Under the pieces are notes generated by a model. It worked only from the letters and a program-made list of their open reading frames with translations, did no database searches and was not told the DNA's origin. From Candidatus Krumholzibacteriales bacterium (lineage in GTDB: Bacteria > Krumholzibacteriota > Krumholzibacteriia > Krumholzibacteriales > WJIX01): a stretch of 20,011 bases of DNA. Each line of letters opens with the position of its first letter. Position 1 is the first letter of the stretch. Positions 8,955-17,088 of the stretch are shown here, one piece after another. The stretch is from the NCBI GenBank assembly GCA_046483305.1, contig JAWODM010000067.1, positions 1-20,011 on the forward strand, given 5' to 3'. Position numbers and translations under genes: made by a program.

Positions 8955-10382
8955 TCACCTGATCAGAACCATCTTCACTGTGCCGGTGAAATCTCCGGCA
9001 CTGACTCTGGCGAAGTAGACACCGGAGGGGACTTCTCCGGCCCGGGTATCTCTCCCATCCCAGTGAAGCCGGTGAGTTCCCGCGTTGAAAACCCTGTCTG
9101 CCAGGGTGGCCACCTTCCTTCCCGCGGCGTCGAAAACGGCGGCTTTTACTCTTCCCCTTCTGAATATCGAGAAAGGAATGGATGTTGATGGGTTGAACGG
9201 GTTGGGATAGTTCTGCTTCAGCATTGCGGTGGGCGCAGGGTCTGCGGAATCTGTCTGAACATCGCCGCTGAAGCATATATCGAAGGGGGGAAGGCCTGTG
9301 CTGATCGGGCTTCCTGTTATCTGGGAGCCGTCGCAGCAGCTGTATATTCTTATCCCCGGGTTTGTTTCGGTCTGGTCGGCCAGGAAGAGCTCTCCGCCCG
9401 GAGATATCTCAATATCGTTGATCACGTATGCGCCCGGAGAATAGAGGGTGCCCTCCTTCTTCCCGGTCTCCGGGTTGAACGATATCACCTCGTTGTTGAA
9501 ACTGGCGTTGGTAATAACAGCAAAGCCCATGACGGGGCTGAATATCTCGAAATCGTTGATGTCTCCTCCGGCCTCGGATTCAGAGATCATGGTGCCGGTA
9601 ACGGCCAGCGCTTCAGGGTCTATTACCTCCACGCCCCCGTCATTTACCCCCCAGATTCCCACCGATGATACCAGCAGGGTTCCGTCGAACCGGTTGTACT
9701 GGATATCGGAGAATGGGTTTGCGAAATTCAGGGTGATCGGCTGAACGCCGGCAGCGGAGTTGTCGGTATCTATCAGGGTATCCGCGCCGCAGTCAACGGC
9801 GGCTATGTAGCTGGTCCCTTCGGGGAGCCAGTAGTTATCCCTGTCCATCCTCTGAATCGATATGAACAGGGCGTCGCCGACTATGATCATCTTATCCATC
9901 TCGCACAGGCCGTCCCCGTCGGCCAGGGATGAAAGGTCGATACTGCCGGTATGAGCCCCGGTGGAGGGATTGACTATCCAGAGCTGGTTGCTGTCATACC
10001 TGGTTACATAAGCTTTGGTTGCCGAAAAAAATGCTATATCCTGGGGGTTGGAGCCGTTGCCGACTGAAAACTGGTCCAGAGTGCTGAAGCTGTCTTCCGG
10101 GTCCAGGACCTGGATGTTGTCGGCCCCGCCTCTGTTGACCACGTATATCAGCCCGCCGTACCACCGGCTCACCGCGTCGCTGTGAACCGAAGCAACATCT
10201 GTCTCTGTAGTATAGTTTCCATCCAGCCGGATGACCGATGAGGACCCGGTGGTGTAGTCGGTGGTGGTGATGAAGGCGTACTCTGTGGCCAGAGAGCCTG
10301 AATTAATGAAGAGAAGCGATGCGGCGGCGATCAGGATTGCTGCCGCCGCCCCTGCCCCGGTCGATTCAGTTATCGGTTTCAT
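8955..10382 (-). CDS. Secreted YncE/BtuG-like beta-propeller protein with C-terminal FlgD-Ig/T9SS-like sorting domain
   Basis: Cys-free signal peptide. Propeller-like repeats ('NPQDIAFFSATKAYVTRY..LWIVNP', 'GGVEVIDP'). Tail 'QNYPNPFNPST..FDAAGRKV..WDG..SGVYF..KMVLIR'. Confidence 0.75.
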   Translation of the reverse strand: MKPITESTGAGAAAAILIAAASLLFINSGSLATEYAFITTTDYTTGSSSVIRLDGNYTTETDVASVHSDAVSRWYGGLIYVVNRGGADNIQVLDPEDSFSTLDQFSVGNGSNPQDIAFFSATKAYVTRYDSNQLWIVNPSTGAHTGSIDLSSLADGDGLCEMDKMIIVGDALFISIQRMDRDNYWLPEGTSYIAAVDCGADTLIDTDNSAAGVQPITLNFANPFSDIQYNRFDGTLLVSSVGIWGVNDGGVEVIDPEALAVTGTMISESEAGGDINDFEIFSPVMGFAVITNASFNNEVISFNPETGKKEGTLYSPGAYVINDIEISPGGELFLADQTETNPGIRIYSCCDGSQITGSPISTGLPPFDICFSGDVQTDSADPAPTAMLKQNYPNPFNPSTSIPFSIFRRGRVKAAVFDAAGRKVATLADRVFNAGTHRLHWDGRDTRAGEVPSGVYFARVSAGDFTGTVKMVLIR

Positions 10383-12468
10383 TATTCTTTCCTTCTCTGT
10401 TGAATTCGAGGGTTATGAAAAAACTTCTTCCCGGCAGGGGATAACCTATCACGTCACGGATCTGGTTGCCGGCAAGGTTTTTCCCCTCCAGGGTGATATT
10501 GAACGAGTCTGAAATATCTTTCAGCGAGAAAGCGAGTGAATGGATCCTTCTTCCCGGCACCTTTCGCATATTGGCCTTGTCCAGGTAATTCGGCCCTATG
10601 TAGTGCAGGTTCCAGGAGGCGCTCCAGCCCCGCCTGTCCAGTGCCAGCCTGAGAGAGCCTTCGTGAGACGGTGTGGAAGCCAGCTGGTTTCCGTTGTAAT
10701 AAGGGATATCGCTCCGGTCCACCGCGTCCATGTACGTGTAGTTGCCGGAAATCCTCAGCGGCAGGAAGAGGCGGGCAGAGAGGGTCAGTTCCGTCCCCCT
10801 GATCCCCGCCGCTCCAATGTTTTTCGGTTTGACAGTCCTCTGGGAGTTGGGGAAGAACAGGATCAGGTTCGATATCTCGTTATCAAAGTAACCGGCCTCC
10901 AGGAACAGGGATTTTACCGGCCCCCATCCGCCTGTGTTCAGGATCAGCCCCACGTCCCGGTTAACCCCCTCTTCGGGCTCCAGGTTTGAGTTGCCGGTTA
11001 CAGTGCCGATATTCCCGAACAGCTCGAAGAAGGTGGGCATCCTGACATATTTACCCGCGTTTCCCTTCAGGGTGAGGTTGTCGCTGAGGCGGATCCGCAC
11101 TCCGCCCTGGGGAGATTCCGATTGTGCCTCTATCTTTCCCCGGGGAACGGGGGGAAGGTATGGAAGGGGAGCCGGCTGGTAGAACTCGTTCTCGCTCCAG
11201 AGCGTTCTGTACTGCCCTGAAAGCACCACCCTGTCCCCGAACAGGGAGAGATGGCCGGCCGCCGCCGCGGTCGCCGAAACTCTATTCCGGTCCGGCCCTT
11301 CTCTGAGAGCGGGGAGCAGTTCAACCGGGTGATACTGCTCCTTCCTGCCCTCAACAAAGATCTCGGTGGAGAGGGGAAGAAGCGGCGCCATCAGAGTTCC
11401 CCTGAAGCTGCTTCCGTACGAGGTTATACTGTTGTCGGTACTCTGCGCGTAAAGGCCGATGTCCCCCTCCGGGTCGTCGAACCTCTCCCTGGTGTTTGAA
11501 TGGAAAATGGTCGCTTCGGTCTGAATCCTTTTTCCCAGAAATGCTTCCGGTTCCAGTTTTATGTAGGCAAGCTTTCTCTCTCTCTCGATTCTGGCCTCCG
11601 GTGACTGGTTCGATCCTATCCCGCAGACCCCGCTCTCCCTGCTGAAATAATCAAAGTTAACCGCCGCCCTTCTGACCCCGGGAAGGTCCAGCCCCAGCGC
11701 CCCGGAGAAGTTCCAGCGGTTGAAGTCGTTGTTGAGCCGGGTAACTGTCTCGTCGTCCAACGCCGTTTCCGGGGTCCCGTTATCATCCAGGAAAGAAAAA
11801 TCTCCCTCGCTCTCGGTGTAGCCTCCGTTAAGGCGGAGGCTGACCGGGCCCATGGAAGAGCTCATCTCCAGGGAGTGTTTCTCCGAACCGAAGGATCCAT
11901 ACCCGGTCTCAGCCCCGAACTCGATACCAGGCCCGTTCCGGAGCGACCTTTCCGGGATCAGGTTTATCCTTCCACCGATAGCGGAACCGCCGAACGAGAC
12001 CGGTGAGTTTCCCCTGTATATCTCTATTCTTTCTATCGATCCTATGGCAAGGTCGGCCAGGTTGGCCGCTCCAGAATAGGGGTCGTTAAGGGGAACCCCG
12101 TCAAGGTAGACCTGGACCTGCGATGACGAACTGCCCCGGATCGACATCGCCGCGTAGCTTCCCAGACCGCCGTACTGCCTTACCCTGATCCCGGCCGCGT
12201 CCGCCAGCACCGAGGGAATATCACGGCCGGTGGCGGCGCCCTCCAGTTCTATGCAGGCTACGAACTCGGAGCGGAGCTGCTCCGGCCTTTCCGCCCGCCC
12301 CGCCCTGACCACTATCTCGGGCAGGTAATAGACGGTGTCCGGTATTGCAATCTCTCTGCCGTCAGCAGAATCTGATTTCTCCGGAGGGGGGGCTCCGCTG
12401 GAATTCGAATAAATAATCAGAAGAATAAAAAGAGCCGCTGGAAAAACGGCTTTGCTTCGAAGGCCCAT
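10366..12468 (-). CDS. btuB: TonB-dependent receptor, probable cobalamin transporter (BtuB-like)
   Basis: TonB-box-like 'EIVVRA', plug 'SIRGSSSSQVQVYLDGVPLN..IERIEIYRG..AIGGRINL', 'RMPTFFELF..GNSNLEPE', C-terminal 'YPLPGRSFFITLEF'. Substrate inferred from the upstream riboswitch. Confidence 0.85.
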   Translation of the reverse strand: MGLRSKAVFPAALFILLIIYSNSSGAPPPEKSDSADGREIAIPDTVYYLPEIVVRAGRAERPEQLRSEFVACIELEGAATGRDIPSVLADAAGIRVRQYGGLGSYAAMSIRGSSSSQVQVYLDGVPLNDPYSGAANLADLAIGSIERIEIYRGNSPVSFGGSAIGGRINLIPERSLRNGPGIEFGAETGYGSFGSEKHSLEMSSSMGPVSLRLNGGYTESEGDFSFLDDNGTPETALDDETVTRLNNDFNRWNFSGALGLDLPGVRRAAVNFDYFSRESGVCGIGSNQSPEARIERERKLAYIKLEPEAFLGKRIQTEATIFHSNTRERFDDPEGDIGLYAQSTDNSITSYGSSFRGTLMAPLLPLSTEIFVEGRKEQYHPVELLPALREGPDRNRVSATAAAAGHLSLFGDRVVLSGQYRTLWSENEFYQPAPLPYLPPVPRGKIEAQSESPQGGVRIRLSDNLTLKGNAGKYVRMPTFFELFGNIGTVTGNSNLEPEEGVNRDVGLILNTGGWGPVKSLFLEAGYFDNEISNLILFFPNSQRTVKPKNIGAAGIRGTELTLSARLFLPLRISGNYTYMDAVDRSDIPYYNGNQLASTPSHEGSLRLALDRRGWSASWNLHYIGPNYLDKANMRKVPGRRIHSLAFSLKDISDSFNITLEGKNLAGNQIRDVIGYPLPGRSFFITLEFNREGKNNETDN

Positions 12469-12490
12469 ACTCTCACTCCTCGAAGAGGCT
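12469..12490 (-). promoter_or_regulatory. Putative RBS-sequestering hairpin (riboswitch expression platform)
   Basis: Minus strand CCTC-TTC-GAGG-AGTGAGAGT-ATG: the GAGG of the Shine-Dalgarno can pair with the upstream CCTC. No U-tract terminator is visible. Confidence 0.55.
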
Positions 12491-12504
12491 AAGGGGATTG
12501 GTAA

Positions 12505-12668
12505 TCCGGGCAGGTCTCCTGACTTATAGCTCCATGCTTCCCGGCTTCCTTCCCGGCGCCTTTCGCGCCAGTGGCTTTAGACGGGAAACTCGCTAATCAC
12601 AGTGGCGGGTCCGTGGGAGATTCTCACTCCCTTCCCCATTAAGTCCTAATCGACACCCGAAAACGAAT
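12505..12668 (-). ncRNA. Cobalamin (AdoCbl) riboswitch
   Basis: Minus strand reads ...GGTG...TAATGGGGAAGGGAGTGAGAATCTCCCACGGACCCGCCACTGTGA...GCCACTG...GGGAAG...AAGTCAGGAGACCTGCC. This includes the conserved core and B12 box. Confidence 0.95.
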
Positions 12669-12677
12669 TTGTAGCTG

Positions 12678-12707
12678 ATTATAAATCAGCCCCGGCGGGT
12701 TGGTCAA
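12678..12707 (-). promoter_or_regulatory. Sigma70-type promoter for the riboswitch-btuB operon
   Basis: Minus strand TTGACC-18 nt-TATAAT, immediately upstream of the riboswitch. Confidence 0.7.
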
Positions 12708-12797
12708 GGAATTATCAAGAGAAAACCAGCGGTAAGGCTGGCAGCAGAAGCCAGGGGGAAAAGAAAACAATTGCACGACACCGGGATAGAGGTTTAA

Positions 12798-13077
12798 ATG
12801 GGCAGTGAAATAAACGTCAGGCATTTTTCTCAGCGGCCTGGAGGGCGATGATTTCCATAAAATAACCGACGAGAAAGTCTATCTGGTTGATTATTCGATA
12901 GACCTGGCAGATTATGAGATACTCCTCAAGGTTCAGGAAAAGCCTTTGGATCAGAGAGCGGCTGATCAACCCGGGATAGAGAGGCTTCTGGTCTACGACC
13001 TTCTGGAGAAGAAGCTCTACCAGCCCCTGGAGATACAGAAGTTCGTAAGCGGGGCGCGCAGATTATTGTGGAGGTAA
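12798..13077 (+). pseudogene. Small hypothetical gene (~92 aa) interrupted by an apparent 1-nt frameshift, or starting at a rare codon
   Basis: RBS agaggt + ATG 12798 opens only a 17-aa frame. A stop-free +1 frame runs 12814-13077. Removing one T from the T5 run at 12824-12828 joins the two. Confidence 0.5.
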
Positions 13078-13250
13078 ACTTTCCCCTTACAGGCCCGGGC
13101 AACTATGAGATAAATAATTTAATGGGATAAGTTCAATGGGGAGAAGTCCGTCCCCTTCCGCTCAATTCTGCACTAAAAACTTTCACTTAAGCTTCTTATC
13201 GGTTACCTTTTATGAAAGTTTGCCACTGAGATTAACGGAGATTCAGGTTC

Positions 13251-14669
13251 ATGGATATGCAGCCAGCAGCCACCGAGGGAGTGAAGACTCTTCTGGGAGA
13301 TCCCAGGAGGGCGGTGAGGAAATTATCCCTCCCCATGATGTTTGCCATGTTCTGCCAGGCACTGTATAACATCGCGGACGGGATATGGGTGGCGGGGCTG
13401 GGGGCCGACGCCCTTGCTTCGGTGGGCCTGTTCTTTCCATTCTTCATGGTTATCATTGCCCTGGGGGCCGGGCTGGGAGTGGGAGGAAGCTCCGCTGTTT
13501 CACGCCGGATAGGAAGCGGAGACAGGAGGGGGGCGGACAATACGGCGATACATACCATACTTCTGGGAGTCCTGGTGGCGCTCGCACTGAGTCTTCCCAT
13601 GCTCCCCTTCCTGGAAGGTATATTCAAATCCTTCAGCGGCAGCGAGAAGGTGGGTTCACTGGCGGCGTCCTACGCTCAGGTACTCTTCGGGGGAACCGTG
13701 ATACTGGTTTTCGGCCATATTTCGGGAGCGCTGCTGAGGGGAGAGGGCGACGCCAAGAGAGCGATGAAGGGGATGATAGCCGGATCCGTTCTGAATATCT
13801 TTCTCGATCCGGTCTTTATCTACCTGCTGGGTATGGGTGTCCGGGGAGCGGCGGTGGCCACTGTTATTTCGATGATGGTATCGGCCCTTCTGTTCATCTA
13901 CTGGCTTTTCTTCAAAGGGGATACTTATCTCAGGATAACCCTGAGGGATTTCGTGTTCAGCAGATCCATTCTGAGGGAGATACTGGGGGTGGGGGTGCCT
14001 TCATCACTCGCTCAGCTGTCCATGTCTCTGGCCATGCTGGTGATTAACAAGATCGTTATCAGGGTGGGAGGTACCGACGGAGTTGCGGTGTTTACCAGCG
14101 GCTGGAGGATAGTGATGCTGGGGGTGATTCCCCTGATCGGTATCGCTACCGGTGTGGTGGCGGTAACCGGCGCGGCATACGGGGCGGGAAACAGGGAAAA
14201 GCTCAAGGCCGCCTTTTACTATTCGGTAAAGATGGCGCTTATAATCGAAATAGCCGTGGGGGCGTTGACTTTTCTGTTTGCGGGCCAGCTGGCCCGCATA
14301 TTCGCCTATTCGGAAGGATCGGCCAGGATTCTGGATGAACTGGTCGCCTTCCTCAGGATCATATGCCTGTTCTATCCTGCCGTTCCCTTCGGGATGCTGA
14401 CCTCCGCGATGTTCAGGGGAGTGGGTAAGGGCAGCAGGTCGCTGATTGTAACCATAATCAGAACCATCATACTCCAGGTGCCGGTGGTTTATCTCTTCGG
14501 AATAGTGATGGGAATGGGGCTGACCGGTATCTGGATGGGGATGGTGGCTGGAAATGTGGCGGCCACCTTCATAACCTTTTCCTGGGGGGTTTACACCGTC
14601 AACCGGATTCCCCTGCACAGAGCCGGCGAACCATCCGAGCCTCTCATTACGCAGGATTTCATTAGCTGA
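13251..14669 (+). CDS. MATE family efflux transporter (DinF/PfMATE-like)
   Basis: About 12 hydrophobic segments. Motifs 'LYNIADGIWV', 'LRGEGDAKRAM', 'LNIFLDPVFI..GVRGAAVAT'. Confidence 0.94.
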   Translation: MDMQPAATEGVKTLLGDPRRAVRKLSLPMMFAMFCQALYNIADGIWVAGLGADALASVGLFFPFFMVIIALGAGLGVGGSSAVSRRIGSGDRRGADNTAIHTILLGVLVALALSLPMLPFLEGIFKSFSGSEKVGSLAASYAQVLFGGTVILVFGHISGALLRGEGDAKRAMKGMIAGSVLNIFLDPVFIYLLGMGVRGAAVATVISMMVSALLFIYWLFFKGDTYLRITLRDFVFSRSILREILGVGVPSSLAQLSMSLAMLVINKIVIRVGGTDGVAVFTSGWRIVMLGVIPLIGIATGVVAVTGAAYGAGNREKLKAAFYYSVKMALIIEIAVGALTFLFAGQLARIFAYSEGSARILDELVAFLRIICLFYPAVPFGMLTSAMFRGVGKGSRSLIVTIIRTIILQVPVVYLFGIVMGMGLTGIWMGMVAGNVAATFITFSWGVYTVNRIPLHRAGEPSEPLITQDFIS

Positions 14670-14941
14670 AAGCCGCATATTGCGGCTCCCGGCCTATCTG
14701 CTCGAGGTCAATCACGAAACGGAACGAACCGAAAATCGAAGAAAATTGTAAATTGACGGAAACTCTGTTCAACAGGGAGGAGCAAGCGGAGATTATGGTA
14801 TCAGGCCCTGATATCGCGGGAACGTTATTTGCATAATAAAGGGATGGAACAGAAATGCCCTCTCATATCTAAAGCCTGTTTTCTGCAATCACCAGTAAAA
14901 ATTTAAATAGATAATAGCGCCGGGCAATTAAATATTTCAGG

Positions 14942-14972
14942 AGCCGCCCCGTTGTCAGCCAGGGGGGCGGCT
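14942..14972. terminator. GC-rich stem-loop, possible terminator
   Basis: AGCCGCCCC (14942-14950) pairs with GGGGCGGCT (14964-14972). Flanks are AT-rich but there is no clean U-run. Confidence 0.35.
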
Positions 14973-15014
14973 TATCATACATCTTTTATGTATATTCTAT
15001 TTTCAATTAATAAC

Positions 15015-15043
15015 TTGCAATACCCGGTCGATTGTCTTATTAT
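15015..15043 (+). promoter_or_regulatory. Sigma70-type promoter candidate
   Basis: TTGCAA-17 nt-TATTAT with an AT-rich upstream tract. Confidence 0.5.
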
Positions 15044-15381
15044 TATGAAAGCGAGTCATTGTCCCCCCTCAATAAAGTAAAGATTTATTCCTTCAACAAG
15101 AAAAACGGGCTTGGCCCGCCTATTCAAGTTGCAAAACTTGAAAAGGCCAGATGAATTTACAGAAAGAATATTACACCAACGGCGGCTGCCTGAGAAAGGC
15201 CATAGATGATCTGTTTATCATTAAACAAGGCATACTATGGAGTATTCAAGGAACGGGGAATCCGGGCGGAGATTGGTGGATTCGACCGATTGCAACAGCC
15301 GCAACCCTGCTCTATTCTTAAACTAAACAGAACCATTAGGGTTCTGCGGCGAAGGACAGCCGGATTAAATGAAGGTGTAAT

Positions 15382-16605
15382 ATGAAACCGTACGAAAGAA
15401 TAACTGAAATTGAGCAGCATGAACATGTAAGTCATATACCGGAGAAAGGCCCGGCCAGGCGGAGAGGGTCCGGTTGGGCAGCCGCAGCAATCGTTACCCT
15501 ATTAATGATTATTCCAATCTTTTCAGCGGCTCATTCCGCTCAAACGGATGAACCGGTGGTTATCGACCACACCAGCACGGAATTGGCGGCTATACCGGAC
15601 AGCGCCATTCAGGATGCCAAGGATCTGTGTGACTGGCATTATGTCCGGCTGTCTCACGGCAGGCAGATCATGGTGGGCCTGGAAAGGCTGGAGGACCTGG
15701 ATATTTTCTACAAATCGACCTGGCCGGCTTACGGGGGATCCCTGCCGGATGACCCGGACGCGCTCTGTATATACACTCTTTCGGGCGGGCCTTATCATTA
15801 CTGGGATGGTTCCGGTAGCGATAACACGCGGAGCATCCTGGACAGCAATCCCTCCATCAGTGTTTCTTCCATGAGCTGGTGCACCGATCTGAATACCGCC
15901 TCGGAATCCTACGTTCAGAGGTACCTCGATTCCATGCAGGTGCTGGAAAGCGAATACCCTGGAGTTACATTTGTATATTTTACCGGAACCGCTGAATATG
16001 ACGGAGGTTACGGCTACAACCGGGCGATGCGGAACAGGGAGATAAGGGCATTCTGCATTGCCAACAACAAGGCGCTGTTCGATTTCGAGGACCTGGATTC
16101 CTGGTGGTTTGATCCCGGAACCGGCCAGTGGGAGCAGGCCACCTACCAGTATAACGGAGAAACCGTTCCGGTGGAGCATCCGAACCTAGCGGGAGACGAC
16201 GCGGAGCACACCTCGTATGAAAGCTGCGAACAGAAGGCCAGGGCCACCTGGTGGATGATGGCTGTTATTGCCGGATGGGAGCAGCCATCGGTTACCGGGG
16301 ATGAAACATTGCCGGAACCGGGAGAAAAGCTCATCCTCGATCTCAGGTGCTACCCCAATCCATGCAACCCGACGGCCACCATCGAATTTGTGATTGAACG
16401 GCCGGCCCAAACGGAGCTTTCCATATACGACGCCGCCGGAAGAAAGGTCTCGACTCTGGTGGACCGGTATATGCCGGACGGCAGGCACTCGGCCATTTGG
16501 AGGGGAAACAGCGGCGCCGGGCAGCCGGTTTCTTCAGGGGTATATCTGTACAGGCTGAGGGCCGGGAACAGGTCGGCCGCCGGTAAACTCCTTCTGCTGA
16601 GATAG
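15382..16605 (+). CDS. Secreted protein: putative SGNH-like domain + C-terminal FlgD-Ig/T9SS-like sorting domain
   Basis: Signal peptide ending 'AHSA'. Motifs 'LSHGRQI', 'SWC', 'FVYFTG', 'LFDFEDLDS', 'DAEH'. Tail 'YPNPCNPT..YDAAGRKV..SSGVYLYRL..KLLLLR'. Confidence 0.7.
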   Translation: MKPYERITEIEQHEHVSHIPEKGPARRRGSGWAAAAIVTLLMIIPIFSAAHSAQTDEPVVIDHTSTELAAIPDSAIQDAKDLCDWHYVRLSHGRQIMVGLERLEDLDIFYKSTWPAYGGSLPDDPDALCIYTLSGGPYHYWDGSGSDNTRSILDSNPSISVSSMSWCTDLNTASESYVQRYLDSMQVLESEYPGVTFVYFTGTAEYDGGYGYNRAMRNREIRAFCIANNKALFDFEDLDSWWFDPGTGQWEQATYQYNGETVPVEHPNLAGDDAEHTSYESCEQKARATWWMMAVIAGWEQPSVTGDETLPEPGEKLILDLRCYPNPCNPTATIEFVIERPAQTELSIYDAAGRKVSTLVDRYMPDGRHSAIWRGNSGAGQPVSSGVYLYRLRAGNRSAAGKLLLLR

Positions 16606-16639
16606 CGCTAACGCAGGAGTGTCATTTTTCTGGATATAT

Positions 16640-17009
16640 CCTGTTTTCCCGCATTCAGGCGGCATCAGCGGATTTGATATATCTATTATACCCGGGTCAT
16701 AGCTTCCTCCGTATGCCGCATACAGGTATTCCCCGTCTATATCGATATCTGTTGCCTGGCCGGCATGATTGAAATGAGCCACCTCAGAGGGTTTCCGGGG
16801 TCCGATATATCGATGACCCTGATGCCTGCCGAACCGGCTGCCAGATACGCATAGCTGCCGGAGACATCCACATCGTAGGCGGTTAATCCGGTATTGCTTG
16901 AGCCGGCCAGGAATGGGTCGGAGCGGCCTGATATATCTATTACCAGCAGTTCGTTCTCATCAGCCGCCAGGTAAAGATATTCTCTCCAAAGCCTCAGGCC
17001 CCTTATCAA
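16640..17009 (-). pseudogene. LVIVD-repeat protein remnant, frameshifted and truncated
   Basis: Repeats 'YLYLAA..LLVIDIS..DP', 'YAYLAAGSAGIRVIDISDP' and 'YLYAAYG..IIDISNP' are split over two frames with the shift at ~16783. There is an in-frame stop at 17013-17015 and no signal peptide. Confidence 0.75.
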
Positions 17010-17088
17010 TAGCTATGAATCATCAGATTTCTTTTACCGCTTTGCTGCAGAAACTGCCAGGCCCTTTGCCGGGAGATTAAATAGGGGG

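Noticed and set aside
14671..14687. Hairpin AGCCGCA-TAT-TGCGGCT after the MATE stop
   Set aside because: No U-tract on the plus strand, so it cannot be supported as an intrinsic terminator.
15245..15375. c-di-AMP (ydaO) or c-di-GMP riboswitch resemblance ('ggaacggggaatcc', 'ggacagccgg')
   Set aside because: Only short fragments match and the other conserved elements are absent. An Rfam scan would settle it.
8861..17009. Genomic island integrated at tRNA-Pro
   Set aside because: Accessory-looking genes abut the tRNA 3' end, but I found no integrase and no duplicated tRNA 3' end (att) by eye.
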